A DNA stretch of 32,000 nt from Nostoc sp. PCC 7120 = FACHB-418 (lineage in GTDB: Bacteria > Cyanobacteriota > Cyanobacteriia > Cyanobacteriales > Nostocaceae). The notes under the pieces were generated by a model. It searched no databases. It was not told the DNA's origin and was given only the letters and a program-made list of their open reading frames with translations. Shown here one piece after another: positions 1 to 8,934 of this stretch. The stretch's first letter is position 1, and each line of letters starts with the position of its first letter. The stretch covers positions 2,460,001 to 2,492,000 of the forward strand of contig NC_003272.1 of the NCBI RefSeq assembly GCF_000009705.1. The letters run 5' to 3'. The position numbers were made by a program, and so were the translations under genes.

Positions 1-165
1 ATAGGTTGCCCAACCTTTTGAGCCACCTGGAATCTGATAATCTGGTACTGAATATTGGGGAAAAGCTGTGTATGGTCGCCAGGGCTGGCTGGGAGCAGTT
101 TGCAGATATAAAATCTTGTCCCCATCTCCGCTAGTCTTAGATATCCAGCACATTTGTCGATACAT
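1..165 (-). CDS. 5' part of an unidentified protein-coding gene running off the left edge (MYRQMCWISKTSGDGDKILYLQTAPSQPWRPYTAFPQYSVPDYQIPGGSKGWATY...)
   Basis: Hand translation of the minus strand from the ATG (rc of 163-165) gives 55 sense codons to the window edge with no stop. AAGGAG (rc of 172-177) lies 6 nt upstream of the ATG. No family recognised. Absent from the ORF track because it is truncated. Confidence 0.35.
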   Translation of the reverse strand, partial: MYRQMCWISKTSGDGDKILYLQTAPSQPWRPYTAFPQYSVPDYQIPGGSKGWATY

Positions 166-572
166 GGCAGACTCCTTTGCATTAAGTGCATATTGCATAT
201 TGACAGAATTTTGTCAACGGTTACATCACCCTTGTGGGATAATTTGAGTGTTCTTAGGGTATGTCAACTTATGTACAATCTAAAATCGTACAATTACGTA
301 AATAAATATGAGATATTTAGATTGCTTATCATCAGCTAATTAGGGAAAAAAGCCGAAGAAGCTTCATACCTGCCTTTAATCTAGGATTAAGATTTTTTCA
401 ATGGTATATGCGGTTTTCATAAGCGTATGTATCAAGAGTTACTTTTTTAGAAAATATTTAAAGTTTTATTTCAAAAAAAGAGTTTTGACGGTGCGACTAG
501 GGAATAGAAAAGGTGAGTTCCCTGTGGGGATGAAGGGGTAATGGGGAAGGAATAATGACCAATTACCCATGA

Positions 573-1160
573 CTACACGATCGCCCGAATTTCTTCTACA
601 ATCTGCCCATAGTCAGAGTCAGACAAAACTGGCTGAGAATCTTGTAGTTGTATGGGTGAGGTGATATCAATCCATGATTTGCAGCCGCCATATTCTGCAC
701 GGTAGGGAATTTCCTGCTCTTGGGGTAGTTTGTAAGTCCGCAGGAGGAGAATAAATATTGGCTGTTGTGGTTTCCATTTTAGGCGATCGCTAATAAAATT
801 CTCGTTCCAAATATGGAAAGGTAATAAAGCGTTGACGCTTACCTCATCACTGATTGGCAGAATATCGGTAATTTGCGCCCAACTTCCTATCCTCACCGTT
901 TCTGGATGCCAACCAGATGTTACTGGCTGTACAAGACCTGCATATTCAGTCTTGAGTAAGGAAGGCTGTTGATGTTCATAGGTGGGATAGAGCAGAACCT
1001 GTTCATGAGCTACTTGGAAGCGTCCCTTGTTTTCATGAATACCGCCTTTCCGCAGTAACATGATTGTTTTGCCGCCTTCTAAGGCATTTATCGCCACTGC
1101 CCATTCTTTGAGGGTATGCACCGTTGTAGTCAAGTCGCTTCGCTCCAATTCAAAATTCAA
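573..1160 (-). CDS. conserved cyanobacterial protein, probably DUF1802 family
   Basis: 195-aa ORF. The segment LKEWAVAINALEGGKTIMLLRKGGIHE fits my recollection of DUF1802 proteins. The listed start is a TTG inside the AATTCAA heptamer tract. A GTG at 1121-1119 is an alternative start. Confidence 0.65.
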   Translation of the reverse strand: MNFELERSDLTTTVHTLKEWAVAINALEGGKTIMLLRKGGIHENKGRFQVAHEQVLLYPTYEHQQPSLLKTEYAGLVQPVTSGWHPETVRIGSWAQITDILPISDEVSVNALLPFHIWNENFISDRLKWKPQQPIFILLLRTYKLPQEQEIPYRAEYGGCKSWIDITSPIQLQDSQPVLSDSDYGQIVEEIRAIV

Positions 1161-1178
1161 AATTCAAAATTCAAAATT
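1147..1178. repeat. tandem heptamer tract (AATTCAA) x4.5, STRR-like
   Basis: Direct reading: aattcaa aattcaa aattcaa aattcaa aatt. Confidence 0.9.
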
Positions 1179-1340
1179 AAAGACAATGTTGGAGAAGCCT
1201 TCGCGGTAGCGTTGCGTAGCAAAGGGTATTTTGCATTTTGAATTCTATTAGCATCGGCATTTACTGTAACTCTGATTTAATTTGAAGCAAAGACCGTTAA
1301 AGTATGAAACTATCCAGGGAAGTGAATTTAGAGAACTTTT

Positions 1341-2300
1341 ATGGAAAAGCGAACATTAGGCACATCTGATGTCAAAATCTCACCCATTCTCATGGGAACT
1401 TGGCAAGCCGGGAAGAAAATGTGGGTGGGAATTGAAGATGCTGACTCGATTAAAACCATTCGGGCGGCTTTTGAGGCAGGAATTACCACCATTGACACAG
1501 CCGAAGTTTATGGCGAAGGACATTCTGAACAGATTGTGGCTGAGGCTTTGTCTGATGTGCGTGGCCAAGTGGAATATGCAACAAAAGTTTTCGCCAACCA
1601 TCTCAAGTATGATCAAGTGATTGAAGCTTGCGATCGCTCCCTGAAAAATCTCCAGACTGATTACATAGACTTGTATCAAATTCATTGGCCTGCTGGTGCT
1701 TTCAATAGTGCGATAGTACCAATTGAGGAAACCATGAACGCCCTGAACTACCTGAAAGAGCAGGGAAAAATTCGCGCCATTGGTGTTTCTAACTTTTCCC
1801 GCACCCAATTAGCAGAAGCCTCACAATATGGCAGAATTGACAGCTTACAGCCTCCCTATTCTCTATTTTGGCGACAAGTAGAAAAGGATGCAGCACCCTA
1901 CTGTGTGGAAAATCATATTTCTATCTTGGCCTATTCGCCCTTAGCTCAGGGATTGTTGACAGGGAAATTTACTCGCGGACAGGAATTTGATCCAGCCGAT
2001 AACCGAGCTAAAAATAAACTGTTTCAAGGCGAAAATTTTGAACGCGCCCAACAAGCTTTAGATAAACTGCGCCCCATCGCCGAACGCCATAACGCTACTT
2101 TGGCGCAGTTAGCACTGGCTTGGTTAATTGCCCAACCCCAAACGAATGCGATCGCCGGTGCGCGTTATCCTGAACAAGCGAAAGATAATGCCCAAGCTGC
2201 CAATATTCAACTCTCTACTGACGAAATTAGCGAAATTGATGCGATCGGTCGTATTGTTACCGACCATCATGATGATAGTCCTGTGATGTGGAATTGGTAA
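1341..2300 (+). CDS. aldo/keto reductase family oxidoreductase
   Basis: 319-aa ORF with AKR-like motifs: IDTAEVYG, LYQIHWP, GVSNF, SPLAQGLLTGK. Confidence 0.9.
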   Translation: MEKRTLGTSDVKISPILMGTWQAGKKMWVGIEDADSIKTIRAAFEAGITTIDTAEVYGEGHSEQIVAEALSDVRGQVEYATKVFANHLKYDQVIEACDRSLKNLQTDYIDLYQIHWPAGAFNSAIVPIEETMNALNYLKEQGKIRAIGVSNFSRTQLAEASQYGRIDSLQPPYSLFWRQVEKDAAPYCVENHISILAYSPLAQGLLTGKFTRGQEFDPADNRAKNKLFQGENFERAQQALDKLRPIAERHNATLAQLALAWLIAQPQTNAIAGARYPEQAKDNAQAANIQLSTDEISEIDAIGRIVTDHHDDSPVMWNW

Positions 2301-2891
2301 AAGATTTCTTAAATATCACCCCAATTATCCACAAAAGATAGTTGGGGATCAAAGCTTTAAGATTTTATTGCAAAAATCTACAAAATATCAACTTTAGTAA
2401 ACTAACACTTGATCATAATTAACTAGGTGCTAACTTAAATATCAAGACACCAAAAACCAAACTTAATGGGTAATGACTCGGTGTCTCCCGTCATCAGCCC
2501 AAGCAAATCCCAGCATATTTTATGTGATGTGGTAAAAAGCCCGAAGCAGGCAAAACCAAATCCCAAAGCGGAAAAACAAAGAATGCTGAATTTGCTAATT
2601 TTTATGTCCACCCTAGTTGTAAAATTTCTCAACTGTTTCCTTATTAAATTTAACAATTTTGAAATCTGTGAATTTTGGAAAACCTGGTCAACCTGCACCA
2701 GGTTTTTCAATATTTTAATGCTTTTCAACATAAAGAGATGATAAAGTATTATACATAATGCAAGGAGTGTCATAATTTACGCTTGAAAGCCTAGTAAAAA
2801 GACTGGGGTAAAACTACCAGTTTAAGACAGGTACTCAAGCAACCAAAGTACTTTGTTTGGGGTATTTTATGCACTTTAAATAGTACAGACA

Positions 2892-2917
2892 AGCCCACAT
2901 TCGTGGGCTATTTTTTT
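2892..2917 (+). terminator. Rho-independent terminator with no annotated gene upstream
   Basis: 7-bp GC-rich stem AGCCCAC / GTGGGCT (2892-2898 / 2903-2909), loop ATTC, then A plus T7 (2911-2917). The nearest plus-strand CDS ends 590 nt upstream. Confidence 0.6.
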
Positions 2918-2987
2918 GTTCACCTGGAAAAGTTGAATTTTGATATAAGTGCTTAGTAACTTACCGATAAAAAATATCCAAAATGTA

Positions 2988-3079
2988 GAGTGCGTCAGTG
3001 TGAGAAAGCCTAGTGGTACCAAGAAATTATTCCTACTGACGCACCCTAACAACCGTCAATTTGGAATAATTTATTTTTT
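2988..3079. repeat. MITE-like hairpin repeat, intact copy
   Basis: Arms GTGCGTCAGT (2990-2999) and ACTGACGCAC (3035-3044). The whole ~92 bp aligns with 13661-13737 plus 14934-14955, the copy interrupted by IS630. Confidence 0.75.
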
Positions 3080-3195
3080 GGTGTTACCTTACGAAAGACC
3101 ATAAAAACTAACTCGACAGAGTAAGACTGATAAATCTGGTTAATTTTTGGCAACACATATAATAAGATGGAAATATTTTCTGATAGGAACAGGTA

Positions 3196-3909
3196 ATGAA
3201 AAAAAATAATTTTTTAAAGAATGTTGTAGCCCCAATATTCGTAGCAAGTCTTTCTTTATCTTGCAACACTAATATTTCCCAAAGAACAGAATCAGCACAG
3301 GCTGTTGGACAGCAACAAACACAACCTCAAATTATCTATGGCGACTTAGTTATTAAAGAGCCGACAGATTATTTGATGATTCCAGTTAATTCCACAGGTA
3401 GGGATATAGAAAAAGAAGCTAGTTTCGATTATTCTCGTTCTTCTAAAGGATATAATGTGTTACTCCATAACTTCATCTTTTATCGTAAAGAAGACGGTGC
3501 AAGTCACCTTTTATTAAATAAGAAATCAATTATCCAGGCTTTTGATTTAGTAGAAATAAAAACAACTGGTCAGCCATCTACAAGAGTTTGGCTTTATCAA
3601 ATTATTGATCAAGATACGAATAAAGATAATAAATTCAATCAAGAAGATGCTGTAATTGGTTATATGTCTGATTTGTCGGGAAAGAATCTGCAACAAGTAA
3701 CACCTAACAATTCTAAAATTATTAATTGGGCAGTTGTACCGGGACGGAAGGAAATCTTTATCAAGATTATCAAAGATTCTAATAAAGATAATAAATTCTC
3801 GGCAGCAGATCAGATAAATTTCGTGAAGGTTAATCTTGCCCAACCTAGCATGGGTCAAGAAATTATTAGTGGACAAATAGAGCAAGAAATTAAATCTCTT
3901 ATGAAATAA
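3196..3909 (+). CDS. secreted protein or possible lipoprotein of unknown function
   Basis: 237-aa ORF in a visibly AT-rich stretch. N-terminal signal-like segment MKKNNFLKNVVAPIFVASLSLSC. Two copies of a D/N-rich motif: DQDTNKDNKFNQEDA and KDSNKDNKFSAADQ. Confidence 0.7.
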   Translation: MKKNNFLKNVVAPIFVASLSLSCNTNISQRTESAQAVGQQQTQPQIIYGDLVIKEPTDYLMIPVNSTGRDIEKEASFDYSRSSKGYNVLLHNFIFYRKEDGASHLLLNKKSIIQAFDLVEIKTTGQPSTRVWLYQIIDQDTNKDNKFNQEDAVIGYMSDLSGKNLQQVTPNNSKIINWAVVPGRKEIFIKIIKDSNKDNKFSAADQINFVKVNLAQPSMGQEIISGQIEQEIKSLMK

Positions 3910-3968
3910 TAAATCTTATGTCGTGGACTGACACGACTAAAATGATGCAACACACAAGAGCAAACAAT

Positions 3969-4107
3969 TGTAGGCTGGGAAGCCACCGCCTTGGACGGGT
4001 CTCCCGGCTTGGGGCGAGTGGCGTTTGACGTAAGGAAACCCAACACCAGGAATCTATGTTGAGTTTTCGAGGTCAATGTTGGGTTGCGCTTTGCTTAACC
4101 CAACCTT
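3969..4107. repeat. GC-rich structured element plus GTTGGGTT/AACCCAAC hairpin (Nostoc-type intergenic repeat)
   Basis: GCCACCGCC...GGCGAGTGGC imperfect stem around CGGG-TCT-CCCG (about 3982-4021). AACCCAAC occurs at 4037-4044. GTTGGGTT (4078-4085) pairs with AACCCAAC (4097-4104). This element explains the spurious ORF 3855..4076. Confidence 0.4.
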
Positions 4108-4158
4108 GTATATTGAGGGAAGTAGTAGACCGTCCCAACCTTGGTACAAACCCTTGAT

Positions 4159-5097
4159 TCATCGAGCAATTGACAAAACCCATTCTTGTAAAAGTGGGTT
4201 TACTTGATTGGGTACTTCATCATGAGGACAATGACCAGCCCTAAGAAAATGTTCAGTGAGTTCTGGATAATATAAGCGAAACTTTTGAGAACGTTCTCTA
4301 GCATTCATCCAAGGATCAGCTTCACCCCATAACATTAATAAAGGACAAGTTAATTGCTTTAATAGCACATCAACTTTTTCTCCTTGAGGACTGCTAAAAA
4401 CTGAGACAAATACATCCAGCGCACCAACATCGTAAGCAGGACGAGCAATTTCTTCAACTAATTGGTTTGTAATTGCACTTTTATCAAGATATACCTTTTC
4501 TAAAGTTCGACGAATGACCCAACCTTGGCGCACGTATTGAAATAATAAAAATTGGGCTAAAGGTTGTCGAAAAATCCACTTAACACTATTACCAAATCTT
4601 TTTTGTAAAGGTGAGGATTGTTTGGGGGGCTGAATTTGTGATTGTAAAGCCTCTGGTTCTGGTGTGGCTTGAGTTTCACTAAATGGCCCAGCGCTATTGA
4701 GTAAAACTACACCAGCTGCGCTCTCAGGAAGTTGAGCAGCAACACACAAGCAAGCATAGCCACCAAGGGAATTACCTGCTAATACTGCTTTTTGACCAAT
4801 GACTTCACTGATAAAATCATGGAGTTGGTCACGCCACAAGTCGCCGCCATATTGTAATTTAGGTTTAGCGGAACGCCCAAACCCCAAAAGGTCGATCGCA
4901 AATACTTCAAAATCATCACACAGTCCTGTGATATTCTTACGCCAGTGGTCTGTAGAAGCACCAAAGCCATGCACCAATAACAAAGGTGGGCGCTGCGGTT
5001 GCTTTTCCCCCGCACGAACGTAGTAAATCTTATGCCCTCGCCACTGCCAATATTGCCCAGGAATTGGAGTTGTAGAAGGGGCTGTAGTTATCTGCAT
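4159..5097 (-). CDS. alpha/beta-fold hydrolase
   Basis: 312-aa ORF with HGFGAS oxyanion-type motif, GNSLGG nucleophile elbow and a C-terminal GHCPHDE histidine motif. Confidence 0.85.
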   Translation of the reverse strand: MQITTAPSTTPIPGQYWQWRGHKIYYVRAGEKQPQRPPLLLVHGFGASTDHWRKNITGLCDDFEVFAIDLLGFGRSAKPKLQYGGDLWRDQLHDFISEVIGQKAVLAGNSLGGYACLCVAAQLPESAAGVVLLNSAGPFSETQATPEPEALQSQIQPPKQSSPLQKRFGNSVKWIFRQPLAQFLLFQYVRQGWVIRRTLEKVYLDKSAITNQLVEEIARPAYDVGALDVFVSVFSSPQGEKVDVLLKQLTCPLLMLWGEADPWMNARERSQKFRLYYPELTEHFLRAGHCPHDEVPNQVNPLLQEWVLSIAR

Positions 5098-5145
5098 ATT
5101 ACAAAGAAATGTTAAGTAGCTTTTAATAATTGTAGAGCTAGGAAT

Positions 5146-5202
5146 GGGGAGTAGGGGAAGCAGGGAAAAGACAACTGTACAGACGCGATTAATCGCGTCT
5201 CT
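5146..5202. repeat. G-rich box plus 20-bp perfect palindrome AGACGCGATTAATCGCGTCT, copy A
   Basis: GGGGAGTAGGGGAAGCAGGGAA...ACAACTGTAC-AGACGCGATTAATCGCGTCT (palindrome 5181-5200). A near-identical unit lies at 18142-18208. Confidence 0.85.
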
Positions 5203-5227
5203 GACAACTGACTAATGATTAAAAACA

Positions 5228-6097
5228 ATGATTACAGGCAAAACTAAACTATTAGGGGTAATTGGACATCCGGTGGAACATTCGCTCTCACCAGTGATGC
5301 ACAATGCAGCGATCGCTCAATTAGGATTAGATTATGTATATCTGCCTTTTCCTATAGCACCAGATAATTTAGAAGCAGCGATCGCTCTTTTGGCTACTAT
5401 TGGTGTTGTTGGTTTTAGTGTGACCATTCCTCACAAACAAGCAATCATCCCCCTGCTTTCCGAAATTAGCCCAGTTGCTCAAGCTATAGGCGCGGTAAAT
5501 ACTGTCACCCGTCAAAATAATCAATGGGTGGGGACAAACACAGATATAGAAGGGTTTATTGCCCCTTTGCAGACAACATATAAACGAGATTGGAGTCAGC
5601 AAATCGCCGTAATTTTAGGTAATGGTGGCGCTGCGAGAGCTGTTGTTGCTGGTTGTTATCAACTGGGTTTTGCGGAAATTCATGTGGTGGGGCGCAATGT
5701 GCAACGCTTAGAAGAATTTCGCCACAGTTGGGAAAATTCCCCCATTGCTGAGAATTTACAAGTGCATACCTGGGATTATCTAGCAAAGCTCATCCCTCAA
5801 GCTAACTTACTGGTGAACACAACCCCGATAGGGATGTATCCGCAGGTTGATGAGTCGCCTTTGAGTGCAGAGGAACTGGTGAATTTACAAACTGGTACTA
5901 TTGCCTATGATTTGATATATATTCCCAAACCAACGCAATTTCTCCAAAAAGCCCAACAACAAGGCGCAATTATTATCGACGGCTTAGAAATGTTAGTTCA
6001 GCAAGGTGTAGCTGCTTTAAAAATTTGGTTGCAGCAGGACGATATTCCTGTAGATGTCATGCGTCAAGCTTTAATTAAGCACTTAGGTCTAAAGTGA
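5228..6097 (+). CDS. aroE: shikimate dehydrogenase
   Basis: 289-aa ORF with N-terminal LLGVIGHPVEHSLSPVMHNAA, the SVTIPHK motif and the GNGGAARAV dinucleotide-binding loop. Confidence 0.9.
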   Translation: MITGKTKLLGVIGHPVEHSLSPVMHNAAIAQLGLDYVYLPFPIAPDNLEAAIALLATIGVVGFSVTIPHKQAIIPLLSEISPVAQAIGAVNTVTRQNNQWVGTNTDIEGFIAPLQTTYKRDWSQQIAVILGNGGAARAVVAGCYQLGFAEIHVVGRNVQRLEEFRHSWENSPIAENLQVHTWDYLAKLIPQANLLVNTTPIGMYPQVDESPLSAEELVNLQTGTIAYDLIYIPKPTQFLQKAQQQGAIIIDGLEMLVQQGVAALKIWLQQDDIPVDVMRQALIKHLGLK

Positions 6098-6106
6098 GAT
6101 TACCAA

Positions 6107-7105
6107 TTAATTATCTGCACCATCAAGCTTGTTTAAAATAATCTGAATAGCATTGATGATTAATTCTGGTTGATCAATCCAAACAAAATGTCCGCTTTTT
6201 TCAGCATTAATTTGTACACAATCTGTGGATAAATTGATTATTTGCTTGTGCATTTGCTCCCGTAAATGATTAGCTGCTTTCATAGGTAACAGGATAGTCC
6301 AAAGGGAAGGATGGAAAAAAGTATTCGCTTTGATGCTAACTATGGGTAATCCCCTAAATTGCCTAGTTAAGTGAAGTTGACGGCTGCTTTTATCCAGATT
6401 TAAGAGTTCTCTAATCATGGTAATCCAGTGTTTGGGACGGCAAAAAGAACGCTTAATGGGGTTGAGTACTGCTGGAGGAAATTTAATTAATTCTCGTTTG
6501 ATAATCTCAAATGTGCCAATCACATTGAGTAATCTGATAATGCCCAGAATTGAGGCTAAAATAGACATAAAAAAGCCAGAAACAAAAAATAGTTTTAAAG
6601 CCTGTAAATAGATGGACATTTTCAGCATTCCCGTTTCATGGAGTCCATCAGTAAGTACTATTCCTAGTACTTTATCTGGGAAATAGTGAGCATACAAGCG
6701 CACATTATAACTACCAAAAGAATTGCCTACTAAAATATATGGTGGCTCAATTCCTGCTATTGTGAGGAGAAAGTCTAACTCTGCGACAATTTGCCTACTC
6801 GTCCGTGGATGAGGACTATTATCACTCCAACCATATCCAGCCCGATCATATATGCAAACTCGTGTCAGTTTGGCTATTTCTTCCACAAGTAAATAACCTT
6901 CAATTCCACCTAAACTGTGTTCTAAAACCACAGTGGGTCTAGAATGTCCCGCCGTGTAGAGGCGTAAGCGATATCCACCCACATCAATCAGTTTTCCTGG
7001 TGGCGACTGTCGATTTTCTATTAAGATAGCGATCGCCTGATAAAAAGTTGTAGCTAATATTAAAATAATTTCGATAGGGGACGACATATGGGCAACGCTC
7101 ATCAA
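6107..7105 (-). CDS. alpha/beta-fold hydrolase with hydrophobic N-terminal and lid segments
   Basis: 332-aa ORF with GNSFGS nucleophile elbow and HSLGG. Hydrophobic stretches at the N-terminus and at MSIYLQALKLFFVSGFFMSILASILGII. Confidence 0.8.
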   Translation of the reverse strand: MMSVAHMSSPIEIILILATTFYQAIAILIENRQSPPGKLIDVGGYRLRLYTAGHSRPTVVLEHSLGGIEGYLLVEEIAKLTRVCIYDRAGYGWSDNSPHPRTSRQIVAELDFLLTIAGIEPPYILVGNSFGSYNVRLYAHYFPDKVLGIVLTDGLHETGMLKMSIYLQALKLFFVSGFFMSILASILGIIRLLNVIGTFEIIKRELIKFPPAVLNPIKRSFCRPKHWITMIRELLNLDKSSRQLHLTRQFRGLPIVSIKANTFFHPSLWTILLPMKAANHLREQMHKQIINLSTDCVQINAEKSGHFVWIDQPELIINAIQIILNKLDGADN

Positions 7106-7172
7106 TCAACCTGCATCGAGTATAAGGTTGATTTGTGCTTCTTCTTTCCTATTTTCCCTGCATTATCCCCTT

Positions 7173-7766
7173 CTACCTCTTCGGCCAGCGCCAGTTATAA
7201 CGATTCCACTCATATACACCTGGAATTTCGTACTCAGCGCCGTTGTAGAAGCGCACGACGCAATTAGTAGAAGCATCGTCTAGTTGAATTACGATCGCAC
7301 CAAACCATTCTCGTTTGCAAGGGCCATCATCTTGCACCCATTCCCAGAGGGCATTGGAAACTTCAATGCGATCGCCTATTCTAAGTTTTAGTGCATCCTC
7401 AAAATAAGCATATTTGTCAAAATGATGTGACTCAACACGGTTTAGCCACTGCAACCCATACCGTTCTCTCACAAACTGCACATTTCCTGAGTCTTGGTTA
7501 TGCAGCCAGTCGTTGAGTAACTGCACCTTCCAAGTGCGGTCTTGTTCTTCTTCTGTCTTAACGAAAGCTAAAAATGTTTCTAATTCTTCTGGGGTGAGTT
7601 CATCTAAAGGATTAGGAGTATCTGACCCACCAGAAAAAGATTGCCTTTGAATTTCCTCCACAAGTTGCAATAAAATCTCCTTCTGCCTAGCACTGAGAGG
7701 ACAGCTAGCTGCATCACAACGATGAAAAGCTGTTTGCAATACCGTAGCAATCTCATCTGGAGTCAT
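7173..7766 (-). CDS. hypothetical protein (no family recognised)
   Basis: 197-aa ORF with protein-like composition and no competing ORF. Trp/Tyr-rich C-terminal half. Confidence 0.7.
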   Translation of the reverse strand: MTPDEIATVLQTAFHRCDAASCPLSARQKEILLQLVEEIQRQSFSGGSDTPNPLDELTPEELETFLAFVKTEEEQDRTWKVQLLNDWLHNQDSGNVQFVRERYGLQWLNRVESHHFDKYAYFEDALKLRIGDRIEVSNALWEWVQDDGPCKREWFGAIVIQLDDASTNCVVRFYNGAEYEIPGVYEWNRYNWRWPKR

Positions 7767-7933
7767 AACTGAATTGCGATCAAGGGTCTAATCTAATAAT
7801 TATTACAAAAGTAAATAAAATTCATTAGTCGGTTGTCAGTGGTTAGTTGTGTTATTCTCCCCCAATTCTCAGTCCGCAGTCACCAGTCCCCGTTATAAAG
7901 TTTATGTATGTTTCCTTGCTACCTTATACAGAT

Positions 7934-8407
7934 ATGAAAAAGAAAAACAGTACGACACTAATATTCAACTTTCAGCCTTTAGCTAAACTCATCACGACCG
8001 TCGTTATTTCCTGTCTGGTGGTGTTGATTTCCTGGGTATGGACTCCATCTGCTATAGCGTTGACTCAAATTAAATTATCTGATTTGTCTTATCAGGAGTG
8101 TCCAGCAGAACTAGCACAGGGGACTGTAGCTACTAACAGCAGTACATCCGCTAATTGCTTTATTGTCACCGGCAAAGCGGAAAATGGTACTTATAAGACA
8201 GTCTATGATGCAGATATCTACGGGCGCATTTATGATGCTAACAACGACCCGATATTACAAAACCGTACCCGTCTGGGTTCTATTGCTGAAGTTCCACCAG
8301 GAACCAGTGATTTTGAATTGAGAATTACCGTACCTGCAAATCAGCCTTTACCTCTCAAGCTGAAGCAGTTCAAAGCGTCTGGGTTTAGCGCACAAGTCCG
8401 CAAGTAA
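7934..8407 (+). CDS. hypothetical membrane-anchored or secreted protein
   Basis: The ORF track starts at a TTG (7847). I prefer the ATG at 7934 (MKKKNSTTL...), which is followed by a hydrophobic segment LITTVVISCLVVLISWVW. Confidence 0.65.
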   Translation: MKKKNSTTLIFNFQPLAKLITTVVISCLVVLISWVWTPSAIALTQIKLSDLSYQECPAELAQGTVATNSSTSANCFIVTGKAENGTYKTVYDADIYGRIYDANNDPILQNRTRLGSIAEVPPGTSDFELRITVPANQPLPLKLKQFKASGFSAQVRK

Positions 8408-8423
8408 GTTGGAAATGAAGAGA

Positions 8424-8458
8424 CTTGTAGAGACTTGTTTACCTTACGTCTCTACAAG
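8424..8458. terminator. bidirectional hairpin between convergent genes
   Basis: 11-bp perfect stem CTTGTAGAGAC (8424-8434) / GTCTCTACAAG (8448-8458), followed by TTTAT on the plus strand. Lies between the 3' ends of 7934..8407(+) and 8476..8754(-). Confidence 0.55.
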
Positions 8459-8475
8459 TTTATGGCTCAGGTTGA

Positions 8476-8754
8476 TTAAAATCCCTGTACAAATGGCAGT
8501 CTAGTTAAAGTTCTGAGTAAGTCGCCAGTTAAATTCAACACTAAAAAGGCGAGGATAGGAGAAAAGTCCATACCACCCAAGGGGGGAATAATGGAACGGA
8601 ACAGATTCAGATAGGGGTCAGTTATTTGGCTTAAAGCTGCAAATGGTTGGTTATACCAATCAATCTGAGGGAACCAGGTCAAAAGAACCCGGATAATGAG
8701 TAAATAGCTGTAAATAGTGACGAATGTAACTAACGTAGTAATCAGTAAATTCAT
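8476..8754 (-). CDS. YggT family (Ycf19-like) membrane protein
   Basis: 92-aa ORF. LLIIRVLLTWFPQIDW...PYLNLFRSIIPPLGGMDFSPILAFLVL is typical of YggT. Confidence 0.85.
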   Translation of the reverse strand: MNLLITTLVTFVTIYSYLLIIRVLLTWFPQIDWYNQPFAALSQITDPYLNLFRSIIPPLGGMDFSPILAFLVLNLTGDLLRTLTRLPFVQGF

Positions 8755-8934
8755 GGATGGTTTAGTTTCCTACTAGGTGTTAAAGCGGTCTTATTATTGA
8801 TTTTAATTTACTCTAAGTTATGACGTATGTGGATGGTTGCCGCATTAACCGCCATTATCTTAGAAATGGAGATTGGGGATTGGGAAGAGGAAAGGAAGGA
8901 GTACTGCTTCCTGCCTTCTTCCAACAATAATTAT

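Noticed and set aside
154-339. ORF 154..339(+), 61 aa
   Set aside because: It has a TTG start, overlaps the start region of the minus-strand partial gene, and is AT-rich with no ribosome-binding site.
2435-2773. Mutually overlapping ORFs 2435..2773(-) and 2466..2741(+) in the AT-rich gap
   Set aside because: They occupy the same DNA on opposite strands. Neither has a ribosome-binding site or a recognisable motif, and both have composition typical of AT-rich non-coding sequence. A small membrane protein on the minus strand cannot be fully excluded.
3855-4076. ORF 3855..4076(-), 73 aa
   Set aside because: It reads through the GC-rich repeat and hairpin element and overlaps the end of 3196..3909. 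Repeat-derived ORFs of this kind are common artefacts in Nostoc genomes.
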